Counted from the stretch's first letter, positions 31,273 to 41,628 are shown. The stretch: DNA of 64,000 nucleotides from Bdellovibrionota bacterium (GCA_044345405.1 JBIJBE010000002.1:64001-128000), one strand, 5' to 3'. A program made the numbers and translations. The notes: generated from the sequence alone by a model not told the origin.

Positions 31273-33489
31273 CTAGTTCCTCTTGATGTCGTTCTCACCG
31301 ATTATTACCAACTCATGCGCCCCCTCGAAAGTCCCCCCGCGTTTGCTTCGGACCTCAATAAGGGGCGCCACATGCCGTCGCCACGCCGCCTGTTCCACCG
31401 CACCCCTTCCATCACCTCGCTTAGGGAGGGGTGTCTTATAGGTTAGATGACGACTAGAGAGCTCAAGCGTGAAGCAGTTGAGTAAAGGAATGGGGTCGAA
31501 GTCGGGACGTGTGCGATCCACCGCGCCGATGTAAATGGTCTCATCACCCCTACCACTGGCGCCCCTCTCGAGGTGCTCACGATAGATCTCATAGGCGCGC
31601 ACGAGAAGCCTCGGCGGCTCCACATCTCCAGGGGTGAGATCGTTCTTCCACGCCCCGTACCTATGTCGGAACGCCTCGAACAACTTCTGCCCCGAAACGG
31701 CGAATTGACGAATCTCCCGATCGGCTTTCGCGAGCGGCCGCACCGTTTCCTCTACACGGGAGCGATCGTCGCGATACGAGTGTACTAACCAAGGCCAGTG
31801 GACGTGACCATAGACGTCCCTCCACGCGGTCGATTGATGTTGCGCCTCCCAGGTAAATACCGGTTTCGAGCCGACCGGCAGCGCGTTACACATCCCTCCA
31901 AAAAGTGGGGACATGTGCCCAAGCACAAGGTGATTCTTACCCGCTTCTCGACACCCTTCGATTAGGTCGGGGATCGACAACTTCGCCGCGTTCGCGTCAA
32001 GAGCGATATGAGGACCCTCATCGAGTCCGAACGAGGCATGTCGCAGTTTGGCGTTCACAACCGAGACCGGAATGCCGTAGGCGAATCCGTACGAACCACT
32101 AAAATGATCGTTATCGATGATGTAGTAGTAACGGTCGTTGAAGAGCGTGAAATCGTCTGAGGGCGCGCTTACCCCGATCCATTGACGAAGCGCCACGATG
32201 GAAGCCATCTCTAGATTGTCGAGCTGGTCCGCGAACCAGAGCCCCTCATCCTTACGATACTCATGAAGAACTTCACGGTCGGGATTCAAGCCATGGAAGA
32301 GCTTATCGAGAATAGCTCCCGACATGAACGTTCCTCGACCGGGAGGGAGATCTCCATTGTCGCACCGAATAAATCGGACATCTTCAAAACACTCCATCGC
32401 GAACTCTCGAAACAACGGGAGTTTACCGGCAAGGGACCGATTCTCCATCCGCAAACGACCGAAGGAGTGGTACGCCTGGTGACGGGCTCGCATCACGATC
32501 CTGAAAGACTCTTCGAAACACTCCTCCTTCGCTTTCGGTTGCCAGCTCGGAAAAGGCACAGAACCATGTTGCCCCTCATCCCATCCTTGCAGCCATTTAT
32601 AGGCTTCCTGATGTCGATTGAGTTGCGCTTTTGTGAGAGCGCCAGCCAGGTAGGTGTCGACGTGCCCTTCGGCCAGGATCCGCTTCGTGCGCTCAACGAA
32701 ATCCTCGCGAGAGAATGAGAGCTGCCCCTCAAGGATCGCGACTCCGAGCTTGCGAAGATGTCGATTGAACGATTGTAGCCGAAGCGCGCGAGTTGGCTGA
32801 GTCTCTCCAGCGATATCCCATAGGTCTGAGATATGCTCGACGATCGGTCGTCGATACACCTTCCCGACCGCGTCCTCCGCTCGTAATACGATCCTGAAGA
32901 TCTGAGCGCCGGTCTCAATTGGCTTATTGTGGATGAGAGGGATAAGGACTTCGCCAAAATCGGTCGCGCGCATGCGACCCTCGGGTACCATAATTCCTCT
33001 AAGGCTCCGCCGTCTCAAGCCATCGAACACGTCATCTATCCCTCGCTCAACCGCGAGGAGCGCCATGCCGTAACTCGTTGGGGTGTTCGGGTGGATCGGC
33101 TCGGTGTGAAATGTCCCTTTAAACGGATCGCCCTGCGACTGCGCTCGCTTAAGGCGTACGTACTCTCGCTCGAGTCGAGCCATCTCATCGTGACGGGACC
33201 TGTCGCCCGGAAAGTACGGAAAGGAACGCGCGCGAAGATCGTCCGGATACGGTTCGCTCCACTCAAAGATGTCGAGGTCGCGCACCGCCTCTCTCGCCTT
33301 CTCATCCATGAGAACAATTCGACGAGCGTTTACCATGAGCGAGATACTCACGAGCGCCTTTACGTACTCGTGACTACCTCGATCGACGCCGGCGAAAGAC
33401 ACCCGATCAACGCCGCTCAGGGAACGCCCCTTGAGTGGGTTTTCGTGGGAATGCTTCTCTGGAGAATCGTCGGGTTGAAAGTGCGGCAT
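31273..33489 (-). CDS. Large hypothetical protein
   Basis: ~740-aa uninterrupted ORF; no recognised motif; start uncertain (33489 or 33510). Confidence 0.7.
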   Translation of the reverse strand: MPHFQPDDSPEKHSHENPLKGRSLSGVDRVSFAGVDRGSHEYVKALVSISLMVNARRIVLMDEKAREAVRDLDIFEWSEPYPDDLRARSFPYFPGDRSRHDEMARLEREYVRLKRAQSQGDPFKGTFHTEPIHPNTPTSYGMALLAVERGIDDVFDGLRRRSLRGIMVPEGRMRATDFGEVLIPLIHNKPIETGAQIFRIVLRAEDAVGKVYRRPIVEHISDLWDIAGETQPTRALRLQSFNRHLRKLGVAILEGQLSFSREDFVERTKRILAEGHVDTYLAGALTKAQLNRHQEAYKWLQGWDEGQHGSVPFPSWQPKAKEECFEESFRIVMRARHQAYHSFGRLRMENRSLAGKLPLFREFAMECFEDVRFIRCDNGDLPPGRGTFMSGAILDKLFHGLNPDREVLHEYRKDEGLWFADQLDNLEMASIVALRQWIGVSAPSDDFTLFNDRYYYIIDNDHFSGSYGFAYGIPVSVVNAKLRHASFGLDEGPHIALDANAAKLSIPDLIEGCREAGKNHLVLGHMSPLFGGMCNALPVGSKPVFTWEAQHQSTAWRDVYGHVHWPWLVHSYRDDRSRVEETVRPLAKADREIRQFAVSGQKLFEAFRHRYGAWKNDLTPGDVEPPRLLVRAYEIYREHLERGASGRGDETIYIGAVDRTRPDFDPIPLLNCFTLELSSRHLTYKTPLPKRGDGRGAVEQAAWRRHVAPLIEVRSKRGGTFEGAHELVIIGENDIKRN

Positions 33490-33686
33490 TGCTCTGAAGG
33501 GCTCCAACAAATCGCGGCAACTTCCTGGACTAACACCGAATTAGCTTCCTGACACCGGCAAAATGCGCACGACCCTCAATTGAGCGCTCGCGCACTATCT
33601 CTCTCGACCTATCTGTTTTCTATTTGGTATAATTTAAGAGCATTACCGACCAAAACCGACAGGCGCCCGGGCGTAAAAATAGCACC

Positions 33687-34595
33687 ATGTTTCTCAACCT
33701 CTCTTCCTTTGAGCATCGATTGAAAAAAGAGAACCTCGTGCTCGTCGCCGTATTCACAACCTTCCTCTCGCTCCTTCCCACGGCATACGCCGCGCTCATC
33801 TCAAACTCAACGACCCTCTTCGCTGACCTCCTTCGATGCCTCGGCGAGTTCTTCGCGATCGTCGCATCGTGGGTAGTGCTTCTGAAGATGTCTCGCAACG
33901 ATACCACGCGTTTTAATTACGGATACGGAAAGCTCGAGCAGCTCGCGGGCATCGCCGTAGCCGCCGCGCTCTTTCTCACGTTCCTCGTATCGCTCACGTC
34001 GGGTATTCGCGGACTGATCGTCCCAACAAAACTGGAGAACGCCGAATTCGGATTTATCTTCGCGCTCCTCTCGGTTGGCGGAAACGCCTTCCTCTGGACC
34101 TCTAATTACATCGCCGATGCCCGCTCGCCCTCTCCGATCGCGGAATCTCAGTGGCGACTCTTTCGCGCGAAGACATGCGCCACGATGGTAGTTGTGACCT
34201 CGCTTGGTGTCGCGCTCGCCTTCGCCGATAGTCAAACGAGCGTCTACGTGGATCCCCTCGGGTCTATCGCCCTCTCCCTCTTTATGTTGTGGCAATCGTA
34301 CACGTTGGTTTCCGCTTCGGTTCCCGACCTCATCGACTACGCTATCGAGGAGTCGTTGCAGAAAACCCTCGACACTATCCTCGCCGATCATCGAGAGGAT
34401 TATTCACACGTTGAGAAGGTTCGATCCCGACGCACGGCGCGACGGGTCTACCTTGAGCTCTTCCTCTCCTTTCCCGCCGACCTTCCCTTTGGAGAGGTTC
34501 ACCGCCGCGTGATGCTCCTTAAGCACTCCATCGAGGAGCGCTTCCCGGGGGCCGACACAACCGTCATCCCCTCGCTATCCCAGCTAAACCCTTAA
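33687..34595 (+). CDS. Cation diffusion facilitator (CDF) family transporter, atypical
   Basis: Six hydrophobic segments, FNYGYGKLE signature, VDPLGS, C-terminal dimerisation-domain pattern. Confidence 0.85.
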   Translation: MFLNLSSFEHRLKKENLVLVAVFTTFLSLLPTAYAALISNSTTLFADLLRCLGEFFAIVASWVVLLKMSRNDTTRFNYGYGKLEQLAGIAVAAALFLTFLVSLTSGIRGLIVPTKLENAEFGFIFALLSVGGNAFLWTSNYIADARSPSPIAESQWRLFRAKTCATMVVVTSLGVALAFADSQTSVYVDPLGSIALSLFMLWQSYTLVSASVPDLIDYAIEESLQKTLDTILADHREDYSHVEKVRSRRTARRVYLELFLSFPADLPFGEVHRRVMLLKHSIEERFPGADTTVIPSLSQLNP

Positions 34596-34711
34596 AACTA
34601 CAGAACCTATCGCGAGCCGCCCCAACTATTTCCGACCAATAGGAGCCATTTCCGACCGGTGTTGCCATAACCCTCATGAGTGATCGATAGTTCGGATCGC
34701 GCTACTACGGG

Positions 34712-34927
34712 GTGTGCATGGATACTCAAACATTTGTCCTCAAGATCTTCCTCATCTACATCTTCATCAAGGCGCTCGTGCTCTGTCCCCTTGGATGGAT
34801 AACCCTGTGCGTGTGGTGGAACGATCGACAAGAGGCGAAGCGCACAGCTCAAGCCACACAGCAACCTCTTTCAATCCCAGCTAACCGCGACACGGTGATA
34901 CTGATCCCCCAAACCGACGTGGCCTAA
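34712..34927 (+). CDS. Small membrane protein
   Basis: Single hydrophobic stretch; fills the gap between the CDF gene and bioA. Confidence 0.45.
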   Translation: MCMDTQTFVLKIFLIYIFIKALVLCPLGWITLCVWWNDRQEAKRTAQATQQPLSIPANRDTVILIPQTDVA

Positions 34928-36192
34928 CGACGCGTCGCGATATACTCACTGACCGCATCGTAGACCATCGCGAGTTCAGCGTCGCTGACGCAGTACGGCG
35001 GCATACAGTACAAGACATCACCCAGCGGTCGAAGAAGCACACCTCGATCGACAAAGAACTCGCGAGCGTGATGCGCGGTGTTGTTCAGATATCCTCCGAC
35101 CCCGTCGTTCCTAAGATTACACGCCAGGATCGTTCCCTTAACCCGAGGGTGGTCAACACCTGACATATCACGAAGACGCCCCACGAAGGCCTCATGCGAT
35201 GAAGATATCCGTGCGCGTGACGCACAGCACTCCGCTGACGTTGTAAGGTCAAGACTTGCAAGAGCGACCGCGCACGCTATCGGATTAGCGGTATAGGTGT
35301 GCCCATGGAAAAAGGTTCGAGAGTGATCGGGAGAGATAAACTCCGCAAAAAGATCCTCTCGGCACATCGTCACCGCAAGCGGAAGCGTTCCACTCGTCAA
35401 CCCTTTCGAGAGACAGATAACGTCAGGAGCTACCGTCATCTCGCTGGTGGCGAACAGGTTGCCCGTTCGTCCAAACCCCGTCATCACTTCATCCGCGATG
35501 ATCAGTCCACCATGCCGTCGTACAAGCGAGGCGTACCGATCGAGCACCGAGGCTTCATACATCCGCATGCCGCCAGCGCCCTGCACGAGGGGTTCGAAGA
35601 TAAAACCAGCGACATCGCCACCTCGACACGCGAGCTCTGCCTGCTCCATGTCGCGGTCGCTCCCTTCAAGGGAGAGAAACTCAACCGAGAAGAGCATCTC
35701 ATCGAAAGGAGCCGAGAAGATCGATCGTGCCCCCACCGCCATCGCCCCGAAGGTGTCTCCGTGATACGCCCCCTCAAGGGCCAAGAACTTCACCCTGCGC
35801 TCACCGCGGTGACGGGCACGCTGGACGGCGAGTTTTATCCCCACCTCTACCGCCGTTGAACCGTTGTCGGAATAAAAGACCCTTTCAAATCCGTGGGGGA
35901 CCACCTCACACAGTCTCTCGGCGAGCCTCACCGCGGGTTCATGGGTAACGCCCGCAAATATGACGTGGTCGAGCTGCTCGAACTGCTCCGTGGCGGCGCG
36001 AGTGAGGGCCGGATGACCATGCCCGTGGAGACAACACCACCAGGACGAGATCCCATCGAGAATCCTCTGTCCATTCTCGAGAGTAAGGAAGCCACCCTTG
36101 GCGGAAACGACAGGGAGCGGCTCTTTTGAAAAGCCAGCTTGGGTATAGGGGTGCCACACAACGCGCGCGTCACGCACGACAAGCTTGCTCAT
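34924..36192 (-). CDS. bioA: Adenosylmethionine-8-amino-7-oxononanoate transaminase
   Basis: VWHPYTQ, DGISSWW, DNGSTAVE, AYHGDTFG, DEVMTGFGRTG, CLSKGLTSG, HGHTYTANP. Confidence 0.96.
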   Translation of the reverse strand: MSKLVVRDARVVWHPYTQAGFSKEPLPVVSAKGGFLTLENGQRILDGISSWWCCLHGHGHPALTRAATEQFEQLDHVIFAGVTHEPAVRLAERLCEVVPHGFERVFYSDNGSTAVEVGIKLAVQRARHRGERRVKFLALEGAYHGDTFGAMAVGARSIFSAPFDEMLFSVEFLSLEGSDRDMEQAELACRGGDVAGFIFEPLVQGAGGMRMYEASVLDRYASLVRRHGGLIIADEVMTGFGRTGNLFATSEMTVAPDVICLSKGLTSGTLPLAVTMCREDLFAEFISPDHSRTFFHGHTYTANPIACAVALASLDLTTSAECCASRARISSSHEAFVGRLRDMSGVDHPRVKGTILACNLRNDGVGGYLNNTAHHAREFFVDRGVLLRPLGDVLYCMPPYCVSDAELAMVYDAVSEYIATRR

Positions 36193-36824
36193 ACGTTCCA
36201 ACCGCACTGCGCGGCGAATTCAGAGATAGAGGACTGCGAAACCTCACCGAAAGAGGGAACCCTTCCGATCACCGAAACGTCCCCCATCGTTGTAATGATC
36301 CGCTCCGTATCGGGGAGCTCCTCTCCATTAAACACGATCCCCTTTACGGGTATATCGTGGGCGCGAAGGGCGAAGAGAGTTAGGAGGGTGTGATTGATAC
36401 TGCCGAGGTAGTGACGAGAAACAACCACAACGGGAAGACCGAACCGCTTCATAAGGTCAAGGTTGGTGGCACGATCGTTAAGTGGAACCATCACACCACC
36501 AGCAAGCTCCACGACCAAAGGAGCGTCACACACCGGGAGCGTAAACTCATCGAGACTCACCTCGACCCCTTCAAGGGCCGCTGCGATATGGGGCGAGAGG
36601 CTCTTTCGAAGGAGATATCGCTCGCTAAAAATGCGCTGGGCGCCGTACTTGAGCAGTCTCGAAACCGCGACACTTTCCGCCGGTCCATCATCAGAACCGC
36701 TTGCTATCGGTTTCCAGTACCGAGCGCCCATGACCTCACAAAGAATGGCTGAGACGACTGTTTTCCCAACCTCAGTCCCTATGCCCGCGACGAAGACACC
36801 TCGGTGCCCCATAGAACGCCCCAC
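36189..36824 (-). CDS. bioD: Dethiobiotin synthase
   Basis: GIGTEVGKTV, ELAGG, LGSINHTLLT; stop overlaps the bioA start. Confidence 0.94.
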   Translation of the reverse strand: MGRSMGHRGVFVAGIGTEVGKTVVSAILCEVMGARYWKPIASGSDDGPAESVAVSRLLKYGAQRIFSERYLLRKSLSPHIAAALEGVEVSLDEFTLPVCDAPLVVELAGGVMVPLNDRATNLDLMKRFGLPVVVVSRHYLGSINHTLLTLFALRAHDIPVKGIVFNGEELPDTERIITTMGDVSVIGRVPSFGEVSQSSISEFAAQCGWNV

Positions 36825-37699
36825 TATTGCGCGATATATTTCATGGTTGGAATGCGAGCCGCCTCAAGCATCGACGGAAGAGACGAGGTGCCCTCGAACG
36901 CTCGCTGGAGGAATCCCTTCTTCTGATTCACGAAAATCAGGTTCGGAACCTCGTCAGGCTTAAGCTCGATCTTGGCTAGCTTCAGAGCCGCTCGCCCAGC
37001 GTCATAGACGTCGCCGAACTCATCGACGAGCCCCAACTCTTTAGCCTCCGAACCCAAGAGAACCCGCCCATCGGCGAAGCTCCGCACCTTTTCCTCGGGG
37101 ATATTCCGCCCTTCAGAGACCGCCTTAATGAATCCCGCGTGAACCTTTGCGGCGGTTTCCTCGAGGAATCGACGCTCGACCTCGGTCATCGGGCGAAACT
37201 GATTACCAGCGTCCTTCAACGCCCCACTCTTGACCGTGATCATATCAAAACCGACCTTGTTCGCGATCGTCGTGAAGTTCGGTATCTGCATCACAACACC
37301 AATAGAGCCGGTTTGCGTGCCAGGTTGACAGAAGATACTTGAGGCACCAACGGCGGAATAAAGACCACCAGAAGCCGCGAGCGACCCCATCGATACAACG
37401 ATCGGCTTCTCAGCTTTGAGGCGTTTCACCGCGCTGTATACCTCCTCAGATGGAGCAACCGCGCCGCCCGGAGAGTCAATCCGAAGGACTACCGCCTTCA
37501 CGTCCTTATCGCGAACCGCGTGATAGAGTTCCTTCAATACATCCGAGGAATCCTCGATAACACCGGTCAACTCAATCACCGAAACCGCGGGGCCAAGCTT
37601 CTTGGCGACCGAACTAAGGCCAGCGACTATAGGAATGACAATGAAGGTTAACAGAACGATGGTAACGATCTTCGCGAGCCAGAGTTTATATTCTCTCAT
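36824..37699 (-). CDS. sppA: Signal peptide peptidase SppA (S49, short type)
   Basis: LRIDSPGG, SMGSLAASGG, TGSIGV, KSGALKD; N-terminal TM anchor. Confidence 0.93.
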   Translation of the reverse strand: MREYKLWLAKIVTIVLLTFIVIPIVAGLSSVAKKLGPAVSVIELTGVIEDSSDVLKELYHAVRDKDVKAVVLRIDSPGGAVAPSEEVYSAVKRLKAEKPIVVSMGSLAASGGLYSAVGASSIFCQPGTQTGSIGVVMQIPNFTTIANKVGFDMITVKSGALKDAGNQFRPMTEVERRFLEETAAKVHAGFIKAVSEGRNIPEEKVRSFADGRVLLGSEAKELGLVDEFGDVYDAGRAALKLAKIELKPDEVPNLIFVNQKKGFLQRAFEGTSSLPSMLEAARIPTMKYIAQ

Positions 37700-37885
37700 G
37701 AACGTAGAGGCCTTTTCTCAATGGGGGTGCTATCCGAAAACGTAGTCTAGTTAATCATTTGAGCCGTGGCTATAACTGTTTTTCCTCACGGCCCGGCCCC
37801 TTTCGGAGAGGCCCATCCCTTGACTTCCCCTTTCGACAGGCATGTACGATACTTGGCCAGCGACGTACGCATACTGGGCACCTCT

Positions 37886-38461
37886 ATGAACACGACCATC
37901 GCCTCACTTCTATCCGAATCGGCCACCCTCAAAGCTACGCTCGCCAAGGACTCTGCATTTGTAGCTTCTCTAAACGACTCGGCCACTCGACTCGCGAACT
38001 GCGCCAAGAGCGGAGGTACGATCTTCGCATGCGGTAACGGTGGCTCCACCTGCGACGCTATGCACCTTTGCGAGGAGCTCGTCGCTCGGTACAAGCGCAA
38101 TCGACCAGGGATCAAGGCGATGCACTTTATGGACCCGGGGGTCCTTACCTGCTGGGGCAATGATATCTCATTCGATAACGCGTTCGCTCGGTATGCAGAG
38201 ACCTTCTGCACCCCTCAGGACGTCCTCGTTGCCATCTCCACCTCAGGGAATTCTAAGAACGTGCTTGCCGCTGTCGAAGCGGCTAAGGCCAAGGGAACAT
38301 TCGTTATCGGCCTCGCCGGAAAAGATGGTGGCAAGCTTTCACAGCTCGCCGACCTCTGCGTGGTCGTTCCCTCTCAAGCGACAGAGCGCGTTCAAGAGGT
38401 ACACATCACTTGCATCCACATATGGTGCGAACTGATGGAGACTATCCACGGATTGGCGTAG
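37886..38461 (+). CDS. gmhA: D-sedoheptulose-7-phosphate isomerase (SIS domain)
   Basis: CGNGGS, ISTSGNSKNV, TERVQEVH; start set at ATG 37886. Confidence 0.9.
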   Translation: MNTTIASLLSESATLKATLAKDSAFVASLNDSATRLANCAKSGGTIFACGNGGSTCDAMHLCEELVARYKRNRPGIKAMHFMDPGVLTCWGNDISFDNAFARYAETFCTPQDVLVAISTSGNSKNVLAAVEAAKAKGTFVIGLAGKDGGKLSQLADLCVVVPSQATERVQEVHITCIHIWCELMETIHGLA

Positions 38462-38702
38462 TCGCGCGGTTTGTCCGCACCAACGTGAACGTGCTCGTGC
38501 CCGTAAGCGTGGACGTCTCCGAAACAACTGTTTGTATTCAGGTCGCTTTTCCTTGCCGTAGCCCTATTGGAAACCGGTGACGCCGCTTATCCCTCGGCGA
38601 GATGATTTTGTAATGTCACATCCACCGCGCTTCAGGCCATATCGTGACCTATGAGGGGTGTACGAAGGATCTATCCCTCAACGATACGTCCAAGGAGGTT
38701 TT

Positions 38703-39149
38703 ATGCGCATATCCGTCACCTGCATCATCGCACTCAGTATGCTTGCCTTAGGCGCCCGCTCGGCCAGAGCGGAGGATAACATAGCCTGCATCGCCGTACC
38801 CTACCAGGCGACACGTGTCGCCCTTCGATCGGATGGCGCAATCGGATACGCCGGGGCTAAGTTTTGGGGCCAAAAGGACGCAGACTATGGCATTGTCTAC
38901 AACTGGTCAGAACTTGAAGATTACAAACCGGGCGGCTTTTGCCAGCCATTCGGTGTAGAGCAAGACGTAATCAAGATGTGCCAGGAATTTCTAGCGGCCA
39001 ACGCCCCAGATGATTGTTCAAGCGAGCTTGAGGACAGTAAGAAAACGGTCATCAACCAAGCTAAACAGATCCGCCGTCTCGCGCAGGACAACAAGCGACT
39101 CAGGGATTTGTTGAAGCGCCCTAGACCGGTCGGCGAAGCGAGGAAATAA
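38703..39149 (+). CDS. Hypothetical secreted protein
   Basis: GGAGG before ATG 38703, signal peptide ending ARA, Cys residues, C-terminal coiled coil. Confidence 0.65.
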   Translation: MRISVTCIIALSMLALGARSARAEDNIACIAVPYQATRVALRSDGAIGYAGAKFWGQKDADYGIVYNWSELEDYKPGGFCQPFGVEQDVIKMCQEFLAANAPDDCSSELEDSKKTVINQAKQIRRLAQDNKRLRDLLKRPRPVGEARK

Positions 39150-39188
39150 GCCAAGAGCCCACACAGGTCGCCACGTATGCGCGGGTCG

Positions 39189-40223
39189 CTACGACTTCGC
39201 GTGGCTCAACAGCGAAGCAACCCGCTCAGCGGTCATCGGAAACGCCACCTGAATCGCCTTGGCGCGGCGGAGGAAGAGGTGAAGGTCGTACTCCCAGGTA
39301 AATCCGATACCGCCATGCACCTGGATAGCTGCCTCGCACACGCTCGGTCCGACCTCCGCGGCGTGAGCGATAGCTGCCCTCGCCGTGAGGGGTCGCTGCT
39401 CAGGTGAGCTTACAACGCTCCACGCGGCGAACCGACAGAGCGCCCCGAGCGACTCACTTGCGGCGTAGGCGTCAGCGATCCGTTGTTGCACGGCTTGGAA
39501 AGCCCCAACGGGAACACCGAACTGCTCCCTCGTTTTGAGGTACTCAGCGGTCATCTCAACCACCCGAGCGGTCACCCCGTAGACCTCGCAGCCCTTCAGA
39601 ATAGCGATCGCGTCGAGAATGGCACTCGATTCCTGCTCAGAGAAGATGATGGTCGGCACATCCTTGAGAGAGAGAGAAGCCAACGAGGTCGTAGAGTCGA
39701 GAGATGCCTGTGGGGTCACTACAACTCCGGGCTGTGAGATCGAACAGGCGAACACACGGGCCTCCCCCTTCTGTTTCACCACCCCGAGAAGACGGCTAGC
39801 CCCTTCGACTCCCCACGCCCACGGAATTTCACCCGATAGCTTCTTTGACTTGGCCGCTACATCACCGCAACAGGACGCGGAAGCGACGGCCGTGCCCGTT
39901 CCGAGCGCTTCATACCCCTTTCTCGTTTCAGCTCCGAGGAGACCAGGCACCACACCATCGCCAAGGAGTCGCTCAATAAGCGGCTCAGGGAAGAGCGCCC
40001 GCCCCACCTCCTCAGCGACGAGGCCCAAATCAGCGAAGGTAAACATCCCTCCATCAGGGCTAAACCCCTCTTCAAGCCCAAGCCCCTTCACCGACTCAAT
40101 CAGCGCCTCATCTCGACGGAGGAGTGAGGTGATCCTCTTTCGCAGATACTCAGAGGGAACGGCCTCAGCGAAAAAACGCCTAACGAGATCCTGCAACTCG
40201 CGCTGATCTGACGTTATCTGCAT
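39189..40223 (-). CDS. Acyl-CoA dehydrogenase family protein
   Basis: REQFGVPVGAFQAVQ, AIQVHGGIGFTWEYDLHLFLRRA. Confidence 0.92.
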   Translation of the reverse strand: MQITSDQRELQDLVRRFFAEAVPSEYLRKRITSLLRRDEALIESVKGLGLEEGFSPDGGMFTFADLGLVAEEVGRALFPEPLIERLLGDGVVPGLLGAETRKGYEALGTGTAVASASCCGDVAAKSKKLSGEIPWAWGVEGASRLLGVVKQKGEARVFACSISQPGVVVTPQASLDSTTSLASLSLKDVPTIIFSEQESSAILDAIAILKGCEVYGVTARVVEMTAEYLKTREQFGVPVGAFQAVQQRIADAYAASESLGALCRFAAWSVVSSPEQRPLTARAAIAHAAEVGPSVCEAAIQVHGGIGFTWEYDLHLFLRRAKAIQVAFPMTAERVASLLSHAKS

Positions 40224-40233
40224 ACGCTCCTCC

Positions 40234-40548
40234 TTAGAGCATGCCCAACATCCCCTTCACCTCCTCAGAGGCCTCCCACGGGGGATTGAAGGTAATCTGA
40301 ACGATCGACTCCTTAACACCAGGAATCGCGCCGACCTTGGTCTGCACCTCGTGCTTAAGCTGCGGACCGGCCGGACACATCGGAGAGGTGAAGGTCATGT
40401 CGATAATCACACGCCCTTCGTCGATGGCGATATTGTAGATCAAACCGAGGAACCAGATATCGAGAAAGAGCTCAGGATCCTCGACCGTTTTGAGGACCTC
40501 TATGACCTGTTCCTTAGTGGGTTCGGATGGTGGTGGGGTTTCGTTCAT
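40234..40548 (-). CDS. DUF59 / MIP18 (SufT-like) Fe-S maturation protein
   Basis: VEDPEL..DI..LGLIY, MTFTSPMCP, FNPPW. Confidence 0.9.
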   Translation of the reverse strand: MNETPPPSEPTKEQVIEVLKTVEDPELFLDIWFLGLIYNIAIDEGRVIIDMTFTSPMCPAGPQLKHEVQTKVGAIPGVKESIVQITFNPPWEASEEVKGMLGML

Positions 40549-40608
40549 GGGCGGGATAGTAGCCCCTTTTTCGAACGGTGGGAAACCCTTACTGCGACCC
40601 GGCACCAC

Positions 40609-40703
40609 CGGAGGGCGACCATTCCTGGTCGCCGAAATGCCAAGAACTCCAAATGGCCTTTGCTCCTTTCTACCATGTGGCGCTCAGGAATGAGCGCCCT
40701 CCG
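40609..40703. repeat. REP doublet copy 5
   Basis: cggagggcgaccattcctggtcgccg ... ggcgctcaggaatgagcgccctccg. Confidence 0.85.
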
Positions 40704-40754
40704 AAATCACAGGGCGCACATCTGAGAAATCGCGAGCTGTCGTATTTTTGGGCC

Positions 40755-40791
40755 AAAAAAAAAGGCGCGAAGCCTTTCGACCTCGCGCCTT
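40755..40791 (-). terminator. Intrinsic terminator of the HU gene
   Basis: Minus strand aaggcgcgaggtcgaaaggcttcgcgcc followed by a long T run. Confidence 0.85.
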
Positions 40792-40815
40792 CACCTGAGC
40801 ACAGCTCAGAGAGAA

Positions 40816-41265
40816 TTAGAGAACTCTCTCCTTAAGTGCCTTGGCTGGGGTGAAACGAACCTTCTTCCGCTTTGGAATGTGGATCGTCTCGCCTGTAGCT
40901 GGGTTACGTCCCATGCGAGCCTTGGACTCACGAACGTAGAGCTTGCCAAGTCCCATGAGAGGGATCTTGTAACCCTTACGAAGGGACTCAGTTACGAAGA
41001 GAGCGATATCATCGATAACCTCGCGAGCCTGTGAACGCTTTGGAAGTCCGCAGAAAGCGCGAACGTTCTCAAGGAACTCTGATTGAGTGTAGCTCAAAGT
41101 TGAGGTGTTGCGTGGCTTGGTAGCTACACGAGCCTTTGCTGATCCTGCAGCAGTAGCCTTTGCGCTCTTAGCTGGAGCAGCCTTGATTGCCTTAGCGGCC
41201 TTCTTAGCTGGCTTTACTACTTTCTTGGCGCTCTTCTTTGCTGCCTTTGCTGGCTTCTTTGCCAT
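40816..41265 (-). CDS. HU-family DNA-binding protein with Lys/Ala-rich N-terminal extension
   Basis: GLGKL..RESKARMGRNPATGETIHIP...VRFTPAKALKE; N-terminal AKK repeats. Confidence 0.92.
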   Translation of the reverse strand: MAKKPAKAAKKSAKKVVKPAKKAAKAIKAAPAKSAKATAAGSAKARVATKPRNTSTLSYTQSEFLENVRAFCGLPKRSQAREVIDDIALFVTESLRKGYKIPLMGLGKLYVRESKARMGRNPATGETIHIPKRKKVRFTPAKALKERVL

Positions 41266-41628
41266 GTTAGTTCTCCTAAAGTTAGTTGGTATTAAATACC
41301 CTAGTCACTCGTTTCTCCCTAGCAGGGGCACCTTACGATTCAGATTCACCCTTCGGGGATTCAAAACCGTCCTGCTGCCCTCGTCTAGTTCGGTGAAAGA
41401 ACTCGAACGGCCGCTGTTTGAGCATATCGACCAGTTCGATTTTTCCGACCACAACGAGCGCCGCCCCTCTATCTCATCCTTCAAAATAAGCCGTTTTTAC
41501 GGGCTAAAAAAGAAGGTTCTTAATATCGGAAGCGAACAATCTGGGATATTAGTTACACTTTCATTGATAGATCAATACAAAATGTGAATAGCCATTTCGC
41601 AAAATGAGCCGTTTTTTCAGGGAATTTT

